Assembly (NCBI GenBank): GCA_031416315.1
Contig: JANOTL010000077.1
Span: 1 to 14,567, forward strand
Direction: 5' to 3'
Length of the DNA: 14,567 nt
Source of the DNA: Pseudomonadota bacterium
GTDB taxonomy: Bacteria > Bdellovibrionota_B > Oligoflexia > Oligoflexales > CAIYRB01
Below are positions 6,907-14,567 of the stretch, piece after piece (position 1 is the stretch's first letter; the number at the start of each line of letters is the position of its first letter). The notes under the pieces were generated by a model. That model did not search any database, was not told the DNA's origin, and saw nothing but the letters and a program-made list of their open reading frames with translations. Made by a program: the position numbers and the translations under genes.

Positions 6907-8334
6907 GTGACGCTCACCGTCCTCAGCACCGCCGCCGCGCTCACTTTCACGGCACTCGGGCAGAAGCAGCCGATTTCTCTCGTAGACTCGGCGGAGAAAT
7001 CCACGGCCCTCGCCGACGGGTCCGGGCTCGCCGGGATACGCATTCGCTTCGCGAGTGGCGCGAGCGCGACGTTGACGAATCGTATCGTGATCGGCGTCGA
7101 TGCGCCCGTAGCCCTCGCATTTTTGCGGGACCAGCCAGGATTCATCAGCTCGAGGCCGCTGCCGTTCCACGAGGCGGTGGTCACGGCGACGTTCACGAGG
7201 CCGCTCGCGGCGCTGGCGGCGGCAAACGCGCTCGTCGGGCAGGAAGGCGTGCGCTACGCGCATCCGGATTTCAAGTTGGAGGTCGAGCCACGCTCCGCAC
7301 ACGCCACTTCGCCCGTCGACGAGCCGCTCTATGCCGCGCAATGGCACCTTCCCCGTGTCGGCGTCGACACCGCCTGGACCGTCACGCGCGGCTCGCCCGA
7401 TCTCGTCATAGCCGTCCTGGATCTAGGCTTCGAGCAAGACCACCCCGATTTGCGCGACGCCTGGCTGGTCAATCCCGGAGAAATCCCGGGCAACCGCCTC
7501 GACGACGACGGCAACGGCCTGAAGGACGACGTGCGCGGCTGGAATTTCGCGACCAACGGCAGCAACCTCATCTATGGCGCCGCGCCGGGTCACGGCACCG
7601 CCACCGCAGGCATTGTCGGCGCGCGCGCCAACGGCGCTGGCGTTGTCGGCCTCTGTCCCGACTGCCGTGTGTTGCCGGTCGTCCTCGACGACTATCCCTC
7701 CAATGCCGCCGCGGCGTTCGGCTATGTGCAGAGCTTCGGCGCCGCCGTCGTCTCCAACAGCTGGGGCTACAAGATCGGCACGCCGGCGACCGACGTCGTC
7801 GTCGAGGCGATCGAGAGGCTCGCACGCGAAGGCCGAAACGGCAAAGGCACCACCATTGTCTTCGCGATGTCGAACGCCGCCGTGGACAATTGCCGGTGGC
7901 CGGAGCCCGACATCTCCGCGCTCGACCTCGTCGTCGCCGTCAGCTCGGTCGACCAGGACGAGCGCAAGGTCCCGGAATCCGGCTACGGCGCCTGCCTCGA
8001 CCTCGTCGCGCCGTCGTCGCCGTCACAGGACCGCGGCGTCGTCACCGTCGACCGTCCCGGCATCAAGGGCTACAACACCGGCGCGCGCTCTAGCGACCTC
8101 GAAGATCTCGACTACACAAACACCTTTTACGGCACCTCCGCCGCCGCCCCCCAAGTTGCCGGCGCATTCGCGCTTCTGTATGCGGCGCGCCCAGGCCTCA
8201 CCCGCGCCGAGGCCTACACGCTGATGGTCGCGCACGCGGAGAAAGTGGAAGTGGGGACAGCCGCTTACGACGCAAACGGCTTCAGCCGCACGCACGGCTA
8301 CGGACGCATCGACCTTTCGTTCCTAGTCGAATAG
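6907..8334 (+). CDS. S8 (subtilisin/kexin-like) serine peptidase, probably secreted
   Basis: AGGAG RBS at 6897-6901 and GTG start. Catalytic triad IAVLDLG (D172), HGTATAG (H229) and GTSAAAP (S411). Also SNSWG, a DDDGNGLKDDVRGWNF Ca-binding-type insert and a C-terminal HGYGRID. It has a hydrophobic N-terminus and a prodomain of about 130 aa. Confidence 0.92.
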   Translation: MTLTVLSTAAALTFTALGQKQPISLVDSAEKSTALADGSGLAGIRIRFASGASATLTNRIVIGVDAPVALAFLRDQPGFISSRPLPFHEAVVTATFTRPLAALAAANALVGQEGVRYAHPDFKLEVEPRSAHATSPVDEPLYAAQWHLPRVGVDTAWTVTRGSPDLVIAVLDLGFEQDHPDLRDAWLVNPGEIPGNRLDDDGNGLKDDVRGWNFATNGSNLIYGAAPGHGTATAGIVGARANGAGVVGLCPDCRVLPVVLDDYPSNAAAAFGYVQSFGAAVVSNSWGYKIGTPATDVVVEAIERLAREGRNGKGTTIVFAMSNAAVDNCRWPEPDISALDLVVAVSSVDQDERKVPESGYGACLDLVAPSSPSQDRGVVTVDRPGIKGYNTGARSSDLEDLDYTNTFYGTSAAAPQVAGAFALLYAARPGLTRAEAYTLMVAHAEKVEVGTAAYDANGFSRTHGYGRIDLSFLVE

Positions 8335-8385
8335 ACCAGCACTCGACGACCCGAAATTCAAGAAGATGGATCGCCAGTGGCGCGC

Positions 8386-8417
8386 AAAAAAAGGGACCGT
8401 CCAAAGACGGTCCCTTT
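8386..8417. terminator. Rho-independent terminator between the convergent S8 genes, likely bidirectional
   Basis: Perfect 12-bp stem AAAGGGACCGTC-CAAA-GACGGTCCCTTT (8390-8417). The A7 run at 8386-8392 gives a U7 tail on the minus strand; the plus-strand tail is weaker (TTTAGCTTT). Confidence 0.88.
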
Positions 8418-8434
8418 AGCTTTGCTTCTACAGA

Positions 8435-11400
8435 TCAGTGCGCAGGAGCCGGCGCCACCGGCTTCGCCACCTTCACCGGCACACTCGCCATGACCGAGTT
8501 CGTCTCGGTCCGGATCACGAGGTCGCCGGTCGCGGAGAACTTGCCGCTCAAGAAGAGCTCGTGCTGCAAGATCTTCGACGCTTCCTGGTCGAAGGCGAAG
8601 CCGATCTTGTATGCCTGGCCGCCGAGGTCCTCGACCGTAATCGCACCCTTCTCCGCAGTCTTCAGCGTGCGCTTGTCGCCCAAAACGAAGGCCGTGCCCG
8701 TCGGCATCGCGTAGCCGACGGCGAGCGCCGCGTAGAATTTGCCGGCGACCGGCTGGAACTCCACCTTCTCGACGTCCGTCGCGCCAGCGCTTTGGCCCGC
8801 GAGACCGCAGTCCGTCAGCGCTTCGTCGGCGCACTCGAGAACGGCGAGGTCGATGTCGTTGCCCGTGGAGCCGCCGGTCGAGATCGCGACCGTGGCCACG
8901 TCGTCGCCGTAGGTGCGGGCCACTTTGCCGTCCGCATCCGGAACCAGCTGCTGCTCGTCCTGCTCGAGCTTGCCCACGAGCTCCTGCAGCAGGCTGTCCA
9001 AAGTCAGCGTCGTCTTCGTCGCCGACGGCGTCGCCGCGAAGGAAGCCTCGAGCACTTTGAAGTCGATCGCGCCGTCGAGGGCCTCGGGGCCGCCCGTGAT
9101 GGCCGCGACCGAAGCTTGGACCTTCGCGTACTCGACCGAGATCTTGTACGCCGAGTGGGCGAACTGGTAGCGGCCGAACACGTGGAGGTTCCAGATGCCC
9201 GGATTCGGATTGGCGCGGGCGTAGGTCACTTTGCGCGTCTCGGGCGAGGCGTTGCCGAAGTCGTCACAATTCTTGGCGATCGAGGCGCTGCCCGCGATTT
9301 CGGCCGGAGTCAGCGTGTTGCCGGCTTCGTAGGCATAAAGACGGACGCCTTGGCAGCCCGTGATCGCGCTGCCATTGACGTCGGCAGCCGGCACTTCGAG
9401 GGTGACCGTGACGAGGCTTACGCCCGCCGGGACGTCGACGTAGTGGCGCGCGAGGCCGAAGGCTTCCACGCCGCCGTCGGTCGAGAATCCAGCCGAGCCC
9501 ACGAGCGTCTTGTTCGGCACCGTGACGTAGACCGGCACGATGAGGGCCGCGTTGGCCTCGACCTTATCGCCCGACTTGCGATGCAGCGAGATCAGCGCGC
9601 CGTGGTCACCCGCAGGCAAGGTCGCCATGAGCTCACGGTTGACGCAAACGTAGAGGGTCGATTCGCGATGCGGGATCGAGCGGCCGGCGCCCGGGGCGTC
9701 GAACGCATCGGTGGCGCCTTCGCCGATGACGATGAGATCGGCCTTCGGGGCCTTGGCGCAGTCGAGCTGGTTCATCGAGCCTGCGCCGACCCAGCGCACC
9801 TTCGAGCCGTAGACCGAGGTCTTGACGACAAACTCGTCTTTCGTGTCCTTCAGGAGTCGCTGCAGGTCGCCGAGGTCACCGCGCGCCGCGGCGCTGTACG
9901 GGAGACGACGGGCGATTTGGACCGGGATCAGGCTCTCGGTTTGCTTGGCGTCGAGCCAGATGCCGCGGCCGAAGCGAGGACCGGTAACCTCGTAGATTTC
10001 CGGCGGCAGCTCGAGCGAGCCGTCGTATTTGATGTTGTTCGGGCCAGTCCGGAGAACGCGGACCTGGTAGTCGAGGGCGATGTCCTTCTTCACGCCGTTT
10101 TCGAGGGCGTAGACGGCGCTGGGGAGCTTGGTGTCACGCTCGGCTTTCAGGGCGGCCCAAGCGCGCGGCAGGTTGACCATGCCGGTGCCTTGATCAACCC
10201 AAGTATACTGGCCGCGCTGGAAATCGCCCGTGTCGAGGTCGAACTTGGTGACGTCGAACGGCTTCGCCGAGGCGATGATGACCTTACGCAGGGTCAGCGC
10301 GTCGAGCGGCAGCGCTTTGTCCGGGTTCTGCGTGTTGTAGAGCTTGGCCGCGTCGAGAAGGAGCGCGATCGCGCCGGCAGCCGAGGGCGCCGCCATGGAG
10401 GTGCCCCAGTAGACTTCGAGGCCGGCGCGGGTGCCGGGCGCGGTGTTCAACTGGACGGCGGAGAGCTCGGTGCCCGGAGCGGTGATGTTCGGCTTGAAGC
10501 CGCCCGCCGCGTTCGGGCCGCGGGAGGAGAAGAAGAGCATGAAGTCGTCATTCTTGGACGCGTGCTCGCTCGAAAGCTTGCCCGTGCCCGGCCACTGGTA
10601 CTGGCGCTCAAGCATGGTGCGGGACGCCGTGGCGCCAACCGAAAGCGCGTGACGGGCGTTGCCCGGCGAGCCGATCGTGTTGAGGCCCGGGCCCGAGTTG
10701 CCGGCGGAGATGACGAACAGGGTGTTGTTCATCTCGGTCAGGCGGTCGATGACGATCTCGTCGACGCCGTAGCCGTCGTTGTACGGCGACAGGCCGCCGA
10801 GCGACATGTTGACGATCTCGGCGCCGGCTTCCGACATGTCGATGATGGCTTCCGAGTACTCGCAGCCGCCGTTGTTGGCGCAGACGCGGTTCATCATCAG
10901 CTGCGCGTTCGGCGCGACGCCGCGCGCGAGCGTGTCGTCGCTGTCGTTGGCGATCGTCTTGCGGCCGCCGACGATGCCGGCGACGTGCGAGCCGTGGTTG
11001 CCCGGATCGAAGCCGACGATGGAGGCCGACACGACGTCGATCTCTTCGCCCGCGGCGTTCGCCAGCTTCTGGCCTTGAATGTGGAAGCCGAACTGCTCCG
11101 CGCTCAGCTTGATCAAGCCGTGCGTCGTGTTGAAGTCGCCGATGGCGGAGACGCCGCGGAAGTCGACGCCGCCTTGGGCCGCGAAGTAGAGCTTGTAGGC
11201 GCCCTCGCCCGCGGGGGCGATGATGGCGAGGAGGGAGTCGTCGACCTTGCCGTTCTGGTTCAAGTCGACGAACTCGGGATCGGCGGAGAAAGAGGTCTCC
11301 GACAGGATGCCGAGCTTGGCGCCGTTGCCGGCGGTGGTGAGGAGCGCTTTCAGCTCGTCCGACGCGCGGATCGGCGTCGCGATGGCGCGAAGGTTGTCGG

Positions 11401-12397
11401 CGACGGGGACCGCAGCGGCGCCTTTTACGGGCGGCAGCACCTCGGCGTCGATCAGGAGGACGTCGGCCGGGAAGCCGGCGTCGGCCGCGGGCACCGTGAC
11501 CTCGAACTTCGCCGCCGGGTTGAAGTAGATCCGGCCTTCGGCCGTGAAGTCCTTCATGTAGGCGATACGGGTGTTGCCGTCTTTGTCGGTGAACGAGGGA
11601 TGGTTATACGTGATGCCGGTGTCGGTGACGCCGACTTTGACGCGCGAGCCGTCCGGGACCGCGGTGCCGAGGTCGGCTTTGACCGCTTCGAGGAACTGCG
11701 GCACTTCCATGCGGGTCAAGCCGCTGAAGCCGTCGAGGTTGCCGCGGCCGTCGGCGAGCAGCTGGTCGACCAGGCTCGAGTCCATCTTGCGGACCGAGCG
11801 CTCGTCGATCGGGTTGACGACGACCGGGGCGAGCACGACCGAGGTCGGCAGGCCGCGGACGTTAGCGAGCTGGCTGTAGGAGGAAAGCTTCATCTTCGCG
11901 AGGAAGAAGCCGTACTTCGGGTAGCTGCGGATGGCCTCGAGGCCGCCGACTTGCTTACTCAAGGCTTCGATCGTGGAGGCGAGCGGCGCGGCCAGCTCGG
12001 TGGCCAGCTCGGCGTCGGTGCGCGAGACCGAGCGAGCGGTCGCGAGCAGGCGCTTGAAGCCCGTTTCCTCTAGGACCGCTTGAACGGTGATGTACTGCTC
12101 GCCGCGGATCGTCGAGACGTTGACGAAGTCGCCGGCCGGCAGCTTGATGCGCGGGCCGTCGGCCGTGTCGGTCGGGGTCGGCAGGCTGCCGGCCGCGATG
12201 ACCACTTGGCCTTGATTCACCGGCGTTTCGGTCGTGAGACCGCCGCCATTGGTGCCTGTGGCCGGAGCCTCGGTCGCGGTCGTCGGCTTTTTCGCCGCGG
12301 CCCCGCCGTCCCCTTTACGCGCACAACCCGACCCGACCAGGGCAAGGGCTGCCGCAAGTCCAACGCTATAGCCGACGGAAGACGGACGTAGTCTCAT
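8435..12397 (-). CDS. Large S8 serine peptidase lipoprotein, TPPII/pyrolysin-like, with C-terminal PPC-like domains
   Basis: GAGGAG RBS. Signal peptide with lipobox-like LVGSG|C25. Catalytic VGVTDTG (D259), HGSHVAG (H468) and GTSMAAP (S667), plus SAGNSGPGLNTIGSPG and FSSRGP. Two PPC-like beta segments (HYVDVPAG...NPNPGIWNLHV and NDIDLAVLE...EKVEF...GKFYA). 1320 aa. Confidence 0.93.
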   Translation of the reverse strand: MRLRPSSVGYSVGLAAALALVGSGCARKGDGGAAAKKPTTATEAPATGTNGGGLTTETPVNQGQVVIAAGSLPTPTDTADGPRIKLPAGDFVNVSTIRGEQYITVQAVLEETGFKRLLATARSVSRTDAELATELAAPLASTIEALSKQVGGLEAIRSYPKYGFFLAKMKLSSYSQLANVRGLPTSVVLAPVVVNPIDERSVRKMDSSLVDQLLADGRGNLDGFSGLTRMEVPQFLEAVKADLGTAVPDGSRVKVGVTDTGITYNHPSFTDKDGNTRIAYMKDFTAEGRIYFNPAAKFEVTVPAADAGFPADVLLIDAEVLPPVKGAAAVPVADNLRAIATPIRASDELKALLTTAGNGAKLGILSETSFSADPEFVDLNQNGKVDDSLLAIIAPAGEGAYKLYFAAQGGVDFRGVSAIGDFNTTHGLIKLSAEQFGFHIQGQKLANAAGEEIDVVSASIVGFDPGNHGSHVAGIVGGRKTIANDSDDTLARGVAPNAQLMMNRVCANNGGCEYSEAIIDMSEAGAEIVNMSLGGLSPYNDGYGVDEIVIDRLTEMNNTLFVISAGNSGPGLNTIGSPGNARHALSVGATASRTMLERQYQWPGTGKLSSEHASKNDDFMLFFSSRGPNAAGGFKPNITAPGTELSAVQLNTAPGTRAGLEVYWGTSMAAPSAAGAIALLLDAAKLYNTQNPDKALPLDALTLRKVIIASAKPFDVTKFDLDTGDFQRGQYTWVDQGTGMVNLPRAWAALKAERDTKLPSAVYALENGVKKDIALDYQVRVLRTGPNNIKYDGSLELPPEIYEVTGPRFGRGIWLDAKQTESLIPVQIARRLPYSAAARGDLGDLQRLLKDTKDEFVVKTSVYGSKVRWVGAGSMNQLDCAKAPKADLIVIGEGATDAFDAPGAGRSIPHRESTLYVCVNRELMATLPAGDHGALISLHRKSGDKVEANAALIVPVYVTVPNKTLVGSAGFSTDGGVEAFGLARHYVDVPAGVSLVTVTLEVPAADVNGSAITGCQGVRLYAYEAGNTLTPAEIAGSASIAKNCDDFGNASPETRKVTYARANPNPGIWNLHVFGRYQFAHSAYKISVEYAKVQASVAAITGGPEALDGAIDFKVLEASFAATPSATKTTLTLDSLLQELVGKLEQDEQQLVPDADGKVARTYGDDVATVAISTGGSTGNDIDLAVLECADEALTDCGLAGQSAGATDVEKVEFQPVAGKFYAALAVGYAMPTGTAFVLGDKRTLKTAEKGAITVEDLGGQAYKIGFAFDQEASKILQHELFLSGKFSATGDLVIRTETNSVMASVPVKVAKPVAPAPAH

Positions 12398-12475
12398 CCT
12401 TCACACTCCTCGCGAGATGAAAAAATATTGCGGCTGATTTGGGAACTAGGTGGGGGGATTAGCTTCCAGCAGCGC

Positions 12476-12505
12476 GTTTTACTGCATAACTGGACGCTTG
12501 GTCAA
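12476..12505 (-). promoter_or_regulatory. Possible sigma70 promoter for the large S8 gene
   Basis: On the minus strand, TTGACC (12505-12500), an 18-bp spacer, then TAAAAC (12481-12476), in an AT-richer intergenic region. The -10 element lacks the conserved final T. Confidence 0.3.
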
Positions 12506-12577
12506 CGAGATTCTAAGGATCATAGAAAGGACTAAAGAATTGGTGGGGATATCGAGGTGTTATGCGCAGAAATGACG

Positions 12578-12600
12578 TAGCCCGCCGGGAGGGCGGGCTA
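12578..12600 (-). terminator. Stem-loop downstream of the lipoprotein gene, probable terminator
   Basis: Perfect 9-bp stem TAGCCCGCC-GGGAG-GGCGGGCTA, 46 bp past the TAA. The U-tract is weak (CGUCAUUUCU). Confidence 0.55.
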
Positions 12601-12646
12601 AGGGGGTCGCAATTGGCATCAAGCGGAAACGGCCGAGTGAGAGCTC

Positions 12647-13459
12647 TTAATCGCCAGTGGATCCAGTCGCGCCGGTCGAGCCGGTGGATCCCGTCGAGCC
12701 GGTGGATCCCGTCGAGCCCGTGGATCCGGTCGCGCCTTCCGAGCCAGATCCGGATTCGTCTTCGCCCGCGTCAGACCCTTCCGAGCCCGTGCCTTCGGAT
12801 CCAGACGAGGCCTCGCCGGAGCCGGAGCCTTCTGCAGCACCCTTGGCAGGGCTGAGGTAGATGTACATCTCGTTCTTGGAGCCGTCCTTCAGGATCTTCT
12901 TCTTCTCCGTCGGGGCGATGTAGCTCGCCTCGAGCTTGAAGGCGACGACGTCCTCGCCGTCCTGGTATTCGCCCGTGACCTTCACGAGGCCGCCCTTTTC
13001 AGGACCGGAGGCGATGAAGTAGATCGGTTTGGAAAAGCCGAGGGTCGCGATCTTCTGCGTAAGCTCGATGGTCTCTTTGTCTTCGACTTTACTCAGCAGC
13101 TTCTGCTGAGCTTCGTCGTAGCCCTTCACTTCCTCTTCGAGGAGCTTGAGCTTCACGCCCTTCTTGCCCTCGATCTTGAAGGTCCAGATGATGCAGGGCT
13201 TGGTGTCGTCTTTCTTATGGTCGTCGCTCTGGAGGACGAGGGCGACGGCGGCCCAGCCGGCCTTCATCTTCGACTCTTTCGCCATGTTCTTAAACGTGGA
13301 GTCGGGCTTCTTCTCTTTGCCGGCGTCCGTCGGGCAGGCGGGGCCTACGCTCGAGCCGATGTCCTTGAGAATCGCCGGCGCGCCGGTGTCTCCGCAGGCC
13401 GCGACATAGGTCGCAAGCAAGGTCGTCGTCGCAACGGCAGTGAGGCGAATCGCTCGCAT
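12647..13459 (-). CDS. Hypothetical lipoprotein with a Lys-rich core and a low-complexity G/S/E/T C-terminal tail
   Basis: ATG 13459 has a GGGAGA RBS, preferred over ATG 13498. Signal peptide II MRAIRLTAVATTTLLATYVAA|C22. Two further Cys residues could form a disulfide. 270 aa. Confidence 0.85.
   Translation of the reverse strand: MRAIRLTAVATTTLLATYVAACGDTGAPAILKDIGSSVGPACPTDAGKEKKPDSTFKNMAKESKMKAGWAAVALVLQSDDHKKDDTKPCIIWTFKIEGKKGVKLKLLEEEVKGYDEAQQKLLSKVEDKETIELTQKIATLGFSKPIYFIASGPEKGGLVKVTGEYQDGEDVVAFKLEASYIAPTEKKKILKDGSKNEMYIYLSPAKGAAEGSGSGEASSGSEGTGSEGSDAGEDESGSGSEGATGSTGSTGSTGSTGSTGSTGATGSTGD
12656..12736 (-). repeat. Coding tandem repeat of nine 9-bp units, (G-X-T)9, with a higher-order 18-bp period
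   Basis: The plus-strand unit GTCGAGCCGGTGGATCCC is repeated about three times within the array. It encodes GAT-(GST)6-GAT-GST just before the C-terminal GD. Confidence 0.9.
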
Positions 13460-13580
13460 GAGCAGTCTCCCAAAACGGAACGAAGAAGCAGAAGCCATCT
13501 AGGTTCCTCTTCGGGCGGTCTGGGCGATAGCTTAAAGGATGCGAAACATCACTTTAAATACAAGGGATTGCCCGAAAGAA

Positions 13581-14567
13581 TCAGGCCAGCGTGCGGCCGT
13601 AGTTCGCAGTGTGGGTCCCGGGGAGGGGAGCCCGGCGGCGGGCGGCGTCGAGGACCGAGAAGACGCGCTCGGGCGCATACTCTCGGGTCAGGAAATCGAG
13701 GCGAAAGTCGCGGATGCCGAGCGCCACGAGCTCGGTTTGCGCCGCGGTGATCGCGTAGGCTTCCTCGCCGTAAACGATCGACTTGCAGGACTCGTGCGCG
13801 ACGTAGAAGCGCTCGCCCTTGGGGTTCTCGATGGTCAAGGAGCGGTAGCCGCACACCTTCGCCGTCGGGCAGCCGTCATGCAGCGCGGTGAGCGAGCATG
13901 CTTCGGCGATGAAAAGCGGCGTGTCCTTGAAGAGGATGACGCGGGTCGCGGCGACTTCCTCCAAGGTAAGGCGTGCGAGATGCTCGGTGAGGTTGGCGCG
14001 GTCGTCTTCCACGGACAGGCAGACGGTGCCGACGCCCCGCTCGCGCCAGAATCGGTGCGTCTCCGAGTTCAGCGCGTAGAGCGTGAAGTCGGCGGCGACG
14101 TCGGTGGCCTCGATGCCCCAATCCTTGAGGAGGAGGAGCGCGCCGACGTTGCCAACCTCGAAACGGGTGACGCCGCGAGCGTGCGCGACCTGGAGCCAGC
14201 GCTTCAAGAGCGGCTCGTCCCAGGCGCGGAGGACGGTGGGGATGGCGAGGCGGAGGGGAATGTCGAGGGACGTGAGCTCGGCGGATAGGGCCTCGGGATC
14301 GATGGAGGGGAGGAAAGCGCGTTTCGGCTCGAAAATGAGCTCGGAAAGGGTGAAGTCGGGGTGTGCCGCCGCGTAGGCGAGGACCGTACGCGCCGTCTCC
14401 AAGCGATCGGTCTTCACGCAATAAGAAACCCCTCCGCTACTCCGCCCCACAGTCCCGCCGTAGCGGGGGGGCCGGGGGGGGGCGGCCGAGGGCGGGGCGA
14501 GGGGGGGGGGTGGGGGATGTAGGGGCGGCGGGGCTCCGGGGGCGCCGCCGACGGGGGGGGGGGGGCG
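13581..14567 (-). CDS. C-terminal part of a U32-family protein (long YdcP/RlhA-like), 5'-partial
   Basis: Motifs FEVGNVG, ADFTLYALN, VCLSVED, ILFKDTPLFIAEAC, GCP...CG, CKSIVYG and GIRDFRLDF resemble the C-terminal region of long U32 proteins. The frame has no stop up to the window edge, but the sequence beyond about 14430 looks unreliable. Confidence 0.7.
   Translation of the reverse strand, partial: RPPPPVGGAPGAPPPLHPPPPPLAPPSAAPPRPPRYGGTVGRSSGGVSYCVKTDRLETARTVLAYAAAHPDFTLSELIFEPKRAFLPSIDPEALSAELTSLDIPLRLAIPTVLRAWDEPLLKRWLQVAHARGVTRFEVGNVGALLLLKDWGIEATDVAADFTLYALNSETHRFWRERGVGTVCLSVEDDRANLTEHLARLTLEEVAATRVILFKDTPLFIAEACSLTALHDGCPTAKVCGYRSLTIENPKGERFYVAHESCKSIVYGEEAYAITAAQTELVALGIRDFRLDFLTREYAPERVFSVLDAARRRAPLPGTHTANYGRTLA
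14430..14567. other. G-rich low-complexity tail, probably low-quality contig-end sequence
   Basis: Progressive drift into G runs of up to 13 nt at the very end of the window, where a coding frame is expected and normal codon structure is lost. Confidence 0.75.

Noticed and set aside
8438..12073. 1211-aa plus-strand ORF antisense to the large S8 gene
   Set aside because: It is a codon-register mirror of a high-GC3 gene, with an Arg/Gly/Val/Asp-rich translation, no motifs and no RBS. This is a typical shadow ORF.
12398..12577. Riboswitch or sRNA in the AT-richer intergenic region
   Set aside because: I could not recognise any conserved aptamer motif or convincing structure by eye. An Rfam/Infernal scan would be needed.
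12656..12736. CRISPR array or RiPP precursor core repeats
   Set aside because: The units are 9/18 bp, contiguous, lack spacers and are in frame within a lipoprotein. No cas or RiPP modification genes are in the window.
12657..12860. Plus-strand ORF with PVEPVD repeats
   Set aside because: It is the antisense reading of the GST repeat. The minus-strand gene has the RBS, lipobox and downstream hairpin.
14430..14567. G-quadruplex or telomere-like element
   Set aside because: Irregular G drift at the extreme sequence end, inside an expected CDS, is better explained as a low-quality read-end artefact such as two-colour chemistry poly-G. Read coverage would settle this.

Overview
GC-rich bacterial window with dense gene content dominated by proteolysis and cell-envelope functions. 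In order: the 3' end of an unknown gene; a WHG-type TetR regulator interrupted by an in-frame TAG exactly at its conserved Trp; a proline iminopeptidase (pip); a divergent two-gene unit encoding a secreted protein with a caspase-hemoglobinase-like His-Gly/Ala-Cys dyad and a membrane-anchored acidic protein; a single-chain eukaryote-type ABCC/MRP-like exporter; a divergent S8 protease; a 1320-aa lipoprotein S8 protease with TPPII-like catalytic spacing; a lipoprotein with a (G-X-T)9 tail; and the 3' part of a U32-family gene that runs into a G-rich, probably low-quality contig end. I found no RNA genes, CRISPR arrays or mobile elements. All family calls come from motif recognition by eye; no searches were run. 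The gene content suggests a predatory or proteolytic lineage such as Bdellovibrionota/Oligoflexia or Myxococcota, but that is inference only.
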